Made by a program: the position numbers and the translations under genes. Source: Candidatus Nezhaarchaeales archaeon (GTDB lineage Archaea > Thermoproteota > Methanomethylicia > Nezhaarchaeales > WYZ-LMO8). Taken from it: 64,000 nucleotides of DNA. The notes under the pieces are model-generated. The model ran no database searches. It had not been told where the DNA came from and saw only the letters and a program-made list of their open reading frames with translations. Shown here piece after piece: positions 27,800 to 37,666 of this stretch (its first letter is position 1; every line of letters begins with the position of its first letter). The stretch covers positions 390,205-454,204 of the forward strand of contig JAWAKK010000001.1 of assembly GCA_038887515.1 (NCBI GenBank). The letters run 5' to 3'.

Positions 27800-30433
27800 C
27801 TAGCTGTTAATCGATAGGCTCCTCTGAACCCTTTCAATAACTTGGTCGTAGAGATGCTGGAGCAAGGCTCTCCTATCGTCCATTAACACTACGTCGCTTA
27901 ACCCTTGTAGTACTAAGCCGTGGGCAAACGGCGAAGGTAAGTCGTAGATGGGCATAACATAGAAATTCCTAAGACCCATTTCTATCTCTTTAAGGACGTT
28001 CTCTGCCGTCTTAACGTCCATGAGGTCTTCGAGTACTTCTCTATAGGTTTCTTCGAGTACCGGAAATCCCTCTATGTCCTCGACAACGTCCATTAATATT
28101 TGTGCGTTAATAATCTGCCTGCTGACCTTTACCTCTCTACCCTTATAGTTCCTTAGAATCATAAATGATCGTGTAGCACAGTGTCTAAACCTTCTTTTAA
28201 CCATCTCCGTATGTTTAACTGCATCTCGAAGTAGTCTTCTTAAATTATCGTGGCTCACAGCGTTAAGTAACACGTTTACGTCGCGAAGCAACCTTCTAGG
28301 TAGAGTTAAGATGAAGCCTGTATCCCCCACCGTTACCGCGACGTTTACTCCAAGCATCTTCATTAAAGCATAGGCGTAAGCCCTTGAAAGCGCATCGTTA
28401 ACTCTTCTACCGAAGACACAGTGGAATATTATGTTTTGCCTTCCTTCCGGGTCTAAGTAGTTCTCGACTAGGATTACCTTATTATTCGGTCTAGCTTTAA
28501 TCCCAAGCATCTTCAAGAAGGATAGCATCGAAGCAAAATACATGTATATAGAGTTCGCGGCTTTTCTATCGCACCTGTACTCTACCATTAAGTACTTTAC
28601 TACCTTGGTTTTCGACTCCTCCTCAACGAGCTTAAACATTTCTTCCCTGAACTTACCTATAGCTTCACCTAAATCGAAGCTTAACGGCAACATCTCTGAA
28701 AACCACGAGGGAACTGTAGGTTTAACGCCTTCCTTAGGGGTAACGTAGGCTCTCAGTCCAACTGCATACCTAAATTCATAGGGCTTACCGCCTAGTATGA
28801 AGATGTCGCCTGGGCTAAGCCTTTCGAGAAACTCTTCCTCTATCGAACCAACCCATCTACCATCGAGTGTGAAGACTTTAACTGCAACTTCATCAGGTAT
28901 GGTCCCTACATTCGTTGAATATATGAGCCTAAGTAGAGGTCCCCTTCTACCGAAAACTCCCTCCTTATCATCACACCATATCTTTCCATATACCTTGTAT
29001 ACTTCAAGCGTCGAGTACCAACCGCTTAAGTACTTTAAGATCGACTCGAAACTTTCATAAGACAAATTCTTATAGCAGAAACTTCTCTTGACGAGTTTGT
29101 ATGCCTCCTTAACCGACCACTTCCTCTCAAGAGCCATTCCCACTACGTGTTGAGCTAGTACATCAAGGCAGTTTTCAGGTATATATACTCTATCGAGCTT
29201 GCCCTTGTACGCCTCGGAAACCATTACTGCGTCTTCAACCAAGTCGTCCATTTCTAGGCCTATAAGTATGCCTTTAGAAACTTTATCTAAAGCATGACCT
29301 GACCTGCCTATTCTCTGCAAGCAGCGCGAAATGGACTTTGGAGAACCTATCTGTACGACTAGGTCTATGTAGCCTATGTCTATGCCGAGCTCAAGCGATG
29401 TGCTACAAACAACGGCTTTCATCTTTCCTTCCTTAAGCCTATCTTCAACGTTTCTCCTAATCTCTCTTGAGAGGCTACTGTGGTGGGCTGCAAGTTCATC
29501 ACCGTCGACTACCTTAAGTTTAGATAGGTGGTACACTACCCTCTCGGTTCCACTCCGAGTATTAGTGAAGACAAGCGTCGTCGTGTGGGACCTTATCAGC
29601 TTCTTGAGGGCTCTATACATCTTCTCGCTCGTAATCGACGCTGGAGTGTGCACTAAATCGTCTACGGGGCACGTGACCCTTAGATCTATTGATTTTACAA
29701 ACCTTGTATCAACTACAACGCAATCCCTCGGGGTCCCGTCATCGTTGCAACCCACAAGAAACTCTGCTACAGTCTCAAGTGGATGTATTGTCGCCGAGAG
29801 ACCGATCCTTACGAACGGTCTACCGACAAGTTCTTGAAGCCTTTCAAGGCTCAACGTCAAGTGGACGCCTCTCTTCGAACTACAGAGTTCGTGTATCTCG
29901 TCTACTATTACCCACTTGACAGTTTTGAGTTTCTGCCTAAACTTGGGAGCGCAGAGTATTATCGCTAAGCTTTCAGGGGTTGTAATTAGTATGTGAGGTG
30001 GCTTTCTAAGCATCGAAGCTCTTTCCGACTGAGTCGTATCGCCGGTTCTAACTGCAACTCTTATCTCGCCTACATTAATTCCCTCGGACTTAGCAAGCTC
30101 TTGAATTTCCTCTAAGGGTTTCTTAAGATTCTTGTATATGTCGTAGTTAAGAGATCTAAGAGGGGAGACGTATACACAATATACGCTATCTTGAAGCTCT
30201 CCGTTCCTTGACATTTTAAATAACTCGCTTATGATACTTATGAAGGCTGCTAAGGTCTTACCGCTACCAGTCGGTGACGCTATGAGAACGTTCTTGCCTT
30301 CGTATATGTGAGCTATGGCATAGCGCTGAGGCGGCGTTATATCTGGAAAACGCGAAAACCACTTAGCAACGATAGGGTCGAGTAGCTTAAGGACCTCTTC
30401 TTTACTAAAACTTTTATCGGCTCTTATAATCAA
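27800..30433 (-). CDS. lhr: ATP-dependent helicase Lhr (Lhr-core, 877 aa)
   Basis: 'ASPTGSGKTLAAF' is motif I and a DEIH box is present. The N-terminal 'PPQRYAIAHIYEGKNVL' and a large C-terminal WH/beta-barrel region are typical of Lhr. Confidence 0.8.
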   Translation of the reverse strand: MIIRADKSFSKEEVLKLLDPIVAKWFSRFPDITPPQRYAIAHIYEGKNVLIASPTGSGKTLAAFISIISELFKMSRNGELQDSVYCVYVSPLRSLNYDIYKNLKKPLEEIQELAKSEGINVGEIRVAVRTGDTTQSERASMLRKPPHILITTPESLAIILCAPKFRQKLKTVKWVIVDEIHELCSSKRGVHLTLSLERLQELVGRPFVRIGLSATIHPLETVAEFLVGCNDDGTPRDCVVVDTRFVKSIDLRVTCPVDDLVHTPASITSEKMYRALKKLIRSHTTTLVFTNTRSGTERVVYHLSKLKVVDGDELAAHHSSLSREIRRNVEDRLKEGKMKAVVCSTSLELGIDIGYIDLVVQIGSPKSISRCLQRIGRSGHALDKVSKGILIGLEMDDLVEDAVMVSEAYKGKLDRVYIPENCLDVLAQHVVGMALERKWSVKEAYKLVKRSFCYKNLSYESFESILKYLSGWYSTLEVYKVYGKIWCDDKEGVFGRRGPLLRLIYSTNVGTIPDEVAVKVFTLDGRWVGSIEEEFLERLSPGDIFILGGKPYEFRYAVGLRAYVTPKEGVKPTVPSWFSEMLPLSFDLGEAIGKFREEMFKLVEEESKTKVVKYLMVEYRCDRKAANSIYMYFASMLSFLKMLGIKARPNNKVILVENYLDPEGRQNIIFHCVFGRRVNDALSRAYAYALMKMLGVNVAVTVGDTGFILTLPRRLLRDVNVLLNAVSHDNLRRLLRDAVKHTEMVKRRFRHCATRSFMILRNYKGREVKVSRQIINAQILMDVVEDIEGFPVLEETYREVLEDLMDVKTAENVLKEIEMGLRNFYVMPIYDLPSPFAHGLVLQGLSDVVLMDDRRALLQHLYDQVIERVQRSLSINS

Positions 30434-30988
30434 CTTTCGCTCCCAAACCCAACCCTAGGTTAGGGGTAGGACTCTCTTAATCTTGCCGTACATGCCCTAC
30501 GATAGTTGCCAAGAGTTAAGCATTGAAACCTTCATTTCCATTGGAGAGCTCTGTGATATAAGAATCAAAAAATTTACCGAACGAAAGACTTTTACTTTAA
30601 ACGCTGAAATTATATTGATAGACGTGGAAAGTTAAGCGCCCCATTCATTGCCTAAGTGGTCTTTAAGTATTTTGAGGAAAAGGTTTTTAAGTTCGCCCCT
30701 GCCCTTTCTAGGGCATTCCTCGAAACGGGGTCACCGTGTGAGCTACAACGATAATATATTGAAGGTTGTTAAGGAGGCCGTAAGCTGCTTAAGCGCAACC
30801 GTAAACAACGGTATGAACGGTAGATGTAATCAGTGTTGCAGGAAGGAACTATGCGATTTACTTTACGAACTCGTCTCCTGCGGATATCGCATGTGTAGTG
30901 ACTTGATGCATGGAGCGGTAATGCACACCATACTAGAAGTGGAGAGAACTGAGAGAGATATGGAAAGGGACGCTACGACGTAGGAAAG

Positions 30989-32086
30989 CTAAGTTCGGAG
31001 AGCCCTCTCAATTCCATGAGCTATAACTTTGGCCGCTGACTCTATATCCCTCACGTCCACAAGCTCAACAGTTGTATGCATATACTTTAGCGGTATCGAA
31101 ATTAACATAGATTTTAGACCAGTCCTCGCTAACTGTACGACATCCATATCTGTCCTAGTTTTTCCAGCTTCAGAACCTATCTGGTAGGGGATGCCTGTCT
31201 TTTTAGCTTCATCTTCGAAGATCGCAGGCAGAGTTGATGGCACTGGCGGACCCCTCGCTATTACCGGACCTAGCCCGAGCTTTATCGGGCAGTCTTTCTC
31301 TTCAAAGCCAGGATATCCTCCTGCATGCGTAACGTCGACTGCTATTGCAAGTCTAACGCCTTCTTGATGCAATTTGTATCCAGCAACTGTAGCACCTCGA
31401 GCACCAACCTCTTCTTGAACCGTGAAGACTGCGTAGTGTTCAATGTCCAACTCATTCAGAAGCTTTGATGCCAAGATTGTTGCTGCACAGCCAGCCCTAT
31501 CATCAAAGCCCCTTGATGCTATTATCGTTGAATTGCTTCTAGGTATTGGCGTGAAGTTCTTGTAGAGGTGGGCCAAATCCCCTATTCTAATGAGGTTCTC
31601 CACCTCGTCTCTGCTCTTCAAGCCTACGTCTACAAACATTTCTTGGATCTTAGGTGCTTTATCCCTCTCTTCGGGTCTTAAGTGGTGTATAGGCTTTGAG
31701 CCGATAACACCTAGAACTACTCTATCTCTCAAGTCCAGTCCGTCAAGGTCTCTTCCGCTACCATAGATGACTACTACCTCGCCGAGTAACACCCTATCAT
31801 CCCATCCGCCGATGGGCTCTATGTACACCAAGCCGTTCTCCACAATGCTCTTGACTGTAAAGCCCAGCTCATCCATGTGTGCTATAAGTGCTACCTTAGG
31901 CCTATCGCCAACCTTAACGTATAGATTTCCAAGCTCATCGACACTAAATGATGCTTGAGGTAGCGTAGTTCTAAGAAGCCCTTCTATTTCATCCTTGACA
32001 GGGTCCTCCCAACCAGATACTCCGGGAGTTAAGGTTAAGGTGCGCAATATGCTCATGAGTTCCAAGTCTATCACCGAGATGCTCAA
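30989..32086 (-). CDS. M42-family metallo-aminopeptidase (TET/FrvX-like)
   Basis: 'LTPGVSGWEDPV' and the overall M42 length and pattern. Confidence 0.75.
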   Translation of the reverse strand: MSISVIDLELMSILRTLTLTPGVSGWEDPVKDEIEGLLRTTLPQASFSVDELGNLYVKVGDRPKVALIAHMDELGFTVKSIVENGLVYIEPIGGWDDRVLLGEVVVIYGSGRDLDGLDLRDRVVLGVIGSKPIHHLRPEERDKAPKIQEMFVDVGLKSRDEVENLIRIGDLAHLYKNFTPIPRSNSTIIASRGFDDRAGCAATILASKLLNELDIEHYAVFTVQEEVGARGATVAGYKLHQEGVRLAIAVDVTHAGGYPGFEEKDCPIKLGLGPVIARGPPVPSTLPAIFEDEAKKTGIPYQIGSEAGKTRTDMDVVQLARTGLKSMLISIPLKYMHTTVELVDVRDIESAAKVIAHGIERALRT

Positions 32087-32159
32087 TTTGGTGTCAGAAA
32101 TCCCTCTTCAATAACTTAAATGTTTTTATAAAGACAGTTATTAGAAGCCTAGCTAGAGA

Positions 32160-33443
32160 TTAAATGAAGCCCGGCTCTAGCTTCTCGACTTCTCGACACT
32201 CCTCCAACTTAACGTATCCCAGTTTTACAGCTCTGACCCGTTCAACGCTCCTTAAAGGAGTCGATATCAACGCTTTCGCAGATTTAAAGTCTATGTTCTT
32301 CAGTATTCCTAAATCTAGGAAGACGCCTCTCTCGCCCATTAACCCTACAACGAGCCCACGTTCAAACCCCTTTATCAAGGTCCTGATAGCTCTATCGGCG
32401 AATGCGTTTCTAATGTCTCTGTAAAACTCTTTGTTTTCCGGAGGCTTCTCTAAAACTATTACTACCGAGTCGCAGGAGAGCTCACAATATTCAACTTTAC
32501 AGCCAGCCATTGACTCTATTGCTTGGACAACTTCTGGAGGAGCTTTATATCCGCTGCCCATGAACGAACCTACTATAGCCACCCTATCCAAGCTTAAGGT
32601 ATGGTCTACCAACCCCCTCTTAGTAAAGTAGTTATAGAAGGCTCTTTCGCGCAATGCCTTACGATCATTGCGATTACGTTGTCTAACCCAAGGAGAAGCT
32701 GGTAGCTCAACTACGCTGTATCCTAGAGCTTTAAACTGCTTTGTTAGATGCTTGAGCTCATTGTTTCTCTGGAGAGCAACTATGACGCTGGGATTTAAAG
32801 TCTCGACGGTGTAGAGCTGGTAAGCTCTTGCGGGTCCTCCGTAAACCATGCCTGGCGTATCTATCAAGACCGCTCCTCCAGCCTTTACTGCCTCGTTCAC
32901 TAGTTTTAAGGTCCCCGTAACCATTGGCAGTAGGTGGCCAGCAGGAGAGGTCGAGCCTACAAAGTAGGCAGAAGTTAGGGGGGCTTCTTCGAGAAATGCT
33001 ATTTGCCTATCTAAAACGCTTAATCCTATTGTCGTGGGAGGGCCTATATCTGATTGACCTACATCACAGTCAACTACTGAAACCCTAAAACCCTTGGCGA
33101 GAAGCTTGTTCGCAGTGTAAGTGACGAAGAAGGTCTTGCCAGAGTCTATGTAGCCCAGCGTAAATATTATGGAGTCTTTAGACAGCGAGTCTATTAGGTT
33201 AACCCACTCTTTAGGTACCGTTGAGGTTTCGAGCTTGGTTATAGAGCCGCTTCCTCTAAGCTCTATTTTAGCTTCAGCAGGCGCCTCTATGAGTGTGGCT
33301 TTGGACATTGGTATGATGACTTCTTCACTTGCATTAAGGCTTTTGCCCGTAACCTCCATAAAACCTTCAATTAACTTGATCTTTAAAGGTCCTTCCGCGA
33401 TATAGTAGCCTGCAATTCTCTCAATTTTCCCCGGAAGCACCAT
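32160..33443 (-). CDS. Clp1/Grc3-family polynucleotide 5'-hydroxyl kinase
   Basis: P-loop 'GYIDSGKTFFVTYTANKL' and downstream 'VVDCDVGQSDIGPP'. Its length of 427 aa is typical of archaeal Clp1. Confidence 0.6.
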   Translation of the reverse strand: MVLPGKIERIAGYYIAEGPLKIKLIEGFMEVTGKSLNASEEVIIPMSKATLIEAPAEAKIELRGSGSITKLETSTVPKEWVNLIDSLSKDSIIFTLGYIDSGKTFFVTYTANKLLAKGFRVSVVDCDVGQSDIGPPTTIGLSVLDRQIAFLEEAPLTSAYFVGSTSPAGHLLPMVTGTLKLVNEAVKAGGAVLIDTPGMVYGGPARAYQLYTVETLNPSVIVALQRNNELKHLTKQFKALGYSVVELPASPWVRQRNRNDRKALRERAFYNYFTKRGLVDHTLSLDRVAIVGSFMGSGYKAPPEVVQAIESMAGCKVEYCELSCDSVVIVLEKPPENKEFYRDIRNAFADRAIRTLIKGFERGLVVGLMGERGVFLDLGILKNIDFKSAKALISTPLRSVERVRAVKLGYVKLEECREVEKLEPGFI

Positions 33444-33823
33444 CGCTTCGACCTCCGACTGTAGCTCTCGAAGTTTATATTGAAAAGTAACAAAACGACT
33501 TTGAAAAGTTAACCAATATCAAAATCGAAAGAATGTTATAAAGTAAGCCAGCGACCTATCCTGGACTCCTTTTATTTTAAATGTTCGTTTAGCATTTAAC
33601 ATTCTCTTAGTTATATCTGAAGACGAGGGGTCTAAAGCAACTTTTACATCTTAAGGCCTCGGCTGCGTTGGCTTGATTTACGATATTCCATGTAATATAA
33701 ACAGAGCGAGTTTAACGTAGTATTTTGGTATCCAAAGGAAAAGGGAGATTAAAGCTTAAGGTGAACGATACGTCCGATCCTGCTTAGAGAGTTTTTCTAT
33801 TTCTTTCTTATTAGCCGTTCATC

Positions 33824-35011
33824 ATGTGGTGGTTAAGTTTCGTCTTCCACGAAGCTGGGTTTAACTTACTATTGATATTCTTACCGCTCTACGTAGTTGC
33901 TATTGGTGGATCACTTATCGATGTCGGCATTATGTGTATGATCGGTCAACTCTTAGTTATTCCAACCTCGATGTTTTGGGGTTACGCTTGCGATAAGACT
34001 AGAAGTTACAAGTTCTTTATCCTCCTGTCATTTCTATCCCTCTCGGTAATAATTTACTCCTTTATGATAGCCACGAAGGTAAGCCACCTAATAATCCTAT
34101 ATGCTGCATTATTTATTTTCCATTCAGCTCACGGTCCTCCGAGAAACGTGTTGATAGCAGAGCTATATACCTACGAAGAGTGGAAAAGGAACTTTGCAGT
34201 ATTTGGAGGGTTCGCGGAGATCGGGCGGCTTATAGGATTGCTCATGGGCGCCTACATTTCATTTAGCGGGGCAAATACTGCCTCCCTAATAACCCTATGT
34301 GGTAGCCTACACATAGTTGCTTTCATTTCATCTATCGTCCTTATTAAAGATCCCATAGTAATATTGGAGCGTCGTTTAGTAACTATAAGAAAGGTCGTAG
34401 ACTTCATAAATAGTGGAGTATCTACCCTTTGTAAAGCCCTCGACGGTCTCTCTAGAACCCCTACTTATAGAGGGGAAAACATAAAGGCTTTTTGTAGCGG
34501 CTTAACTTTTTTTCAAATGGCATCGTCCATGCTTTTTACCCCTATGCCCATATTTCTTTCACGTAAACTAGCTCTTCAACAAGGCATGATCTTTGCAGTG
34601 TACGCCCTAAATTCTCTGGCTGTGATTTTAGGTTACCTATACTTAATTCATAGACCGAGCGAAACTGTTGATAAGACTTCTCTGCTTAAAATAGTATTAT
34701 TAAGAGGCGTGTTAGCCTTCTCAATGATCGCCGCATTATCATCAACATTCAGCATAGAAGCAATTACAGCCTTATTAGCTCTACTAGGCTACCTCTACGC
34801 GCTGTTTGACGTCTACGTATTGACTATCTCTATGGAGTTTCTACCGCCTAAAAAAGTGGGGCTTATTGATGCTACAATAAACTTAGGCTCAGTCTGCGGA
34901 GCATTTATTGGGCCTCTCATCGCTGATATTATGGGCTTCAATTACGTTTTCCTGTTAAGTGGCATAACGTTCTTTGCTTCATTCGTAGCTTTTAAAGCCT
35001 TCAACAAGTAG
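33824..35011 (+). CDS. MFS-type transporter, paralog B (ATG start)
   Basis: About 80% amino-acid identity to the ORF at 2336..3523. About 100 nt upstream are also similar. Confidence 0.6.
   Translation: MWWLSFVFHEAGFNLLLIFLPLYVVAIGGSLIDVGIMCMIGQLLVIPTSMFWGYACDKTRSYKFFILLSFLSLSVIIYSFMIATKVSHLIILYAALFIFHSAHGPPRNVLIAELYTYEEWKRNFAVFGGFAEIGRLIGLLMGAYISFSGANTASLITLCGSLHIVAFISSIVLIKDPIVILERRLVTIRKVVDFINSGVSTLCKALDGLSRTPTYRGENIKAFCSGLTFFQMASSMLFTPMPIFLSRKLALQQGMIFAVYALNSLAVILGYLYLIHRPSETVDKTSLLKIVLLRGVLAFSMIAALSSTFSIEAITALLALLGYLYALFDVYVLTISMEFLPPKKVGLIDATINLGSVCGAFIGPLIADIMGFNYVFLLSGITFFASFVAFKAFNK
34193..34275. repeat. 83-nt tract identical to 2704..2786
   Basis: See the partner repeat. Confidence 0.8.
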
Positions 35012-35178
35012 TTTCTCGATTGATGCGATTCGTGCCGCATAGCTTCGTATAGACTGACGAGCCAGAGATTCATGGAGAAATACTACAGAATAACGTAAAG
35101 TTCGACACAAAGTCTCAACCAATTTTCGTAGAAGATTAGTGACAGTGCTAGTTTTATAATAGCAAGGGTTGAAGCTAT

Positions 35179-36072
35179 ATGATACCTAATAGGATGAAGA
35201 ATGTAGTATTCTCGGCTATATTTATCATCCTCATCTTTACGTCGAGCATCCTAGCTTATGAAAATTACATACTACAAGGGGCTACAACTTCCCTTCGACA
35301 AGAATTAAATGATGTGACTCTAAACTTTAAAGCCATCGAAGATAGATATGAACAGTTATTAAAAGAATACGAAAAACTCTCCTCAACGCATCAACATTTC
35401 TTCGAGAGGTACCTTTCCCTCAACGAATCATATAACGCACTAAAGATGGAGCACTTTATAATCCTCAAAAACTACGAGAAGCTTATGGCGGACTACCTAG
35501 AATTAACTACAGCTTATTTGCTACTCAACAATTCTTATACAGCTCTCCTTCAAAGATACGAAGAACAGGTTAAAAGTTACTTGGAACTTCAAGGTACTTA
35601 CGAGCTCATTTCTAACAAGTTCGAAGCACTACAAGCTAACTTTTCGCTCTTAAAGAAGGCTTATGATGATGTCTGCTTTGCGATGTATCGCCCGCTTCTA
35701 TCGAGTGATATTATTACTCCAACAATCAGCGAACTCGATGACTGGCTTAGACAAGACACTACAGATCTTATACCTTACTCAAAGTGGGACTTCATTTGTG
35801 GGGACTATGCAGTAATGTTGTCGATGCATGCCAAGCTAAATCGCTGGGACATGGGTATAGTGCTGGTCATTGGCAGAGATTCTCAAGGAAACACTTTCAA
35901 TCACGTATTCAACGCTATAAAGTGTAGAGAAGGTTTAGTATACATTGAACCCCAAAACGACCAAATTTTCTACGGACCAATAACGGTAAGCGGTTGGTAT
36001 TACCATCCGGGATTTGGAATGATACATGTCGAAAACTTCATAATTGTAGTGCCCTACCAAATACCATTATAA
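35179..36072 (+). CDS. Membrane-anchored coiled-coil protein with C-terminal transglutaminase-like (papain-fold Cys-His-Asp) domain
   Basis: Signal anchor, then repeated 'Y..L...Y' heptad-like segments from about residue 40 to 170. The C-terminus 'FICGDYAVM...NTFNHVFN...IEPQND' matches the transglutaminase-core C/H/D spacing. Confidence 0.4.
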   Translation: MIPNRMKNVVFSAIFIILIFTSSILAYENYILQGATTSLRQELNDVTLNFKAIEDRYEQLLKEYEKLSSTHQHFFERYLSLNESYNALKMEHFIILKNYEKLMADYLELTTAYLLLNNSYTALLQRYEEQVKSYLELQGTYELISNKFEALQANFSLLKKAYDDVCFAMYRPLLSSDIITPTISELDDWLRQDTTDLIPYSKWDFICGDYAVMLSMHAKLNRWDMGIVLVIGRDSQGNTFNHVFNAIKCREGLVYIEPQNDQIFYGPITVSGWYYHPGFGMIHVENFIIVVPYQIPL

Positions 36073-36180
36073 GAGGCTAAAAATAAAGAAGAGAACAATG
36101 TTGTATGCTTCTATAGGATGAGGCTAATCAAATTAAGACGTAGATTCAAGTTTTAAAGCTAGATTTACATCAACCATCGC

Positions 36181-36507
36181 TTACCTTACTTTAGACCCGG
36201 GAGGAGCATCGCCGTCAACAGTTAACCAGATCGGCTTACCGTTAACGTCCGCTGCTAGTAGCATGCCTTTCGACTCAACCCCTGCAATTCTCTTCGGCTT
36301 CAAGTTCACTAAAACTACAAGGCGCTTACCTACGAAATAACTTGGATCGTAGTATTCAGCTCCTCCTGCAACTATCTCTCTCACTTCGTCTCCTACATCA
36401 ACCTTTAACTTTAAAAGCTTCTTTGACGTTGATATTCTTTCAGCTTCAAGTACGACTCCAATCCTAAGATCCAACAAGTTGAATTGATCTATAGTTACCT
36501 CGCCCAT
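36181..36507 (-). CDS. tRNA-binding domain protein (Trbp111/CsaA/MetRS-C-like)
   Basis: 'LDLRIGVVLEAE...KLKVDVG...RQIVAG...YFVGKRLVVLVNLKP' is OB-fold tRNA-binding domain conservation. Confidence 0.65.
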   Translation of the reverse strand: MGEVTIDQFNLLDLRIGVVLEAERISTSKKLLKLKVDVGDEVREIVAGGAEYYDPSYFVGKRLVVLVNLKPKRIAGVESKGMLLAADVNGKPIWLTVDGDAPPGSKVR

Positions 36508-36622
36508 AAATATCGCCGAAGAGATTATTAAGCTAGAATTTTAGGTTTTCGAGCGAATTTTTAACTGTCAGCTCAGCCGTCTTGAAGTCGTTGTACGAAT
36601 AAGACCTCGATGTAACCGCTAT

Positions 36623-37666
36623 TTACATGGTCTTGATGTGCTTTATCGGTATCTTAACGTAAATTTCATCCCCAACGTTGACTGGCGAAGATAGATATTC
36701 TTCTTCGGTTTGAACGGATACTAGCCTTAATCTATCTATAGAGACGGCTATTTTATATAGCGAACCGTTTCTAATTACTTGTTCGACAACCCCTCTAAAA
36801 GTGTTAAACCTTGTTTTGGGGTTTAACGTTTTCATTAATGCTATTCTCTCTGGCGGTATCGCTATTTTAGTTATTACACCGTCGTCGTGTGGCGCTAAAA
36901 GTTTAATGCCTCCACATTTGACTTCAGCCAACCCTTCGTGGATCAGCTTAAAGCTTTCACAACTTAAAATGTTATAGCTTCCAAGAACCTCTCTAACTAT
37001 GGGATCTGTAGTGTTAAAGAAAACTTCATTGAAAGAGCCTACACAACGTATTTCGCCTTTGACTAAGACTGCCACCCTATCGGCCAGCTGTTCTGCTTCA
37101 ATTATATCGTGAGTTACGAACATAGTCGTAAGTTTAAGCTTTTTCTGCAAAGCTTTTAGTTCCATTCTTAGGCTCCTCCTCAACGAAACATCGAGGTTAT
37201 TGAAAGGTTCGTCCATGAGTAAGACCTTGGGTTCAAGCACTATAGCCCTAGCTATTGCAACCCTCTGCTGTTCGCCGCCGCTAAGCGTTAACGGATATCG
37301 GTTTGCTAAGTATTTTATGTTGAGTGCATCCATGACCCTTTCGACTCTCTCATCTATGGTCTTCTCGCTCACCTCTCTCATCCTTAAGCCGAATGCTATG
37401 TTGTCCTTTACTGTTAGATGATTAAAGAGAGCTAAGTCTTGAGGTACATAGCCTATACCTCTTTCATAAGGCTTTAAGTGGTCGATAGGCTCTCCATCGA
37501 ATAAAACCGAGCCGTTGTAATCCACTAGGCCGGCTACAACGTTTAGGAGGGTCGTCTTACCAGAACCCGACGGCCCAAGTATTACCATAAGCTCTCCATC
37601 TTCAACTTCTAGATCGACTTTTCTTAACACGAAGTTTGAGACATTTCTAATACTTATTCTGGGCAT
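36623..37666 (-). CDS. ABC transporter ATP-binding protein (NitT/TauT-type importer)
   Basis: 'GPSGSGKTT', 'LSGGEQQRVAIARA' and a C-terminal regulatory extension. Confidence 0.75.
   Translation of the reverse strand: MPRISIRNVSNFVLRKVDLEVEDGELMVILGPSGSGKTTLLNVVAGLVDYNGSVLFDGEPIDHLKPYERGIGYVPQDLALFNHLTVKDNIAFGLRMREVSEKTIDERVERVMDALNIKYLANRYPLTLSGGEQQRVAIARAIVLEPKVLLMDEPFNNLDVSLRRSLRMELKALQKKLKLTTMFVTHDIIEAEQLADRVAVLVKGEIRCVGSFNEVFFNTTDPIVREVLGSYNILSCESFKLIHEGLAEVKCGGIKLLAPHDDGVITKIAIPPERIALMKTLNPKTRFNTFRGVVEQVIRNGSLYKIAVSIDRLRLVSVQTEEEYLSSPVNVGDEIYVKIPIKHIKTM

Noticed and set aside
30648-30983. 111-aa Cys-rich ORF in the leader upstream of lhr
   Set aside because: It has no recognisable family and no convincing RBS, and it sits in what is probably the lhr promoter or leader. 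The Cys spacing does not match a known zinc-finger pattern. Treated as probably non-coding, but not excluded.
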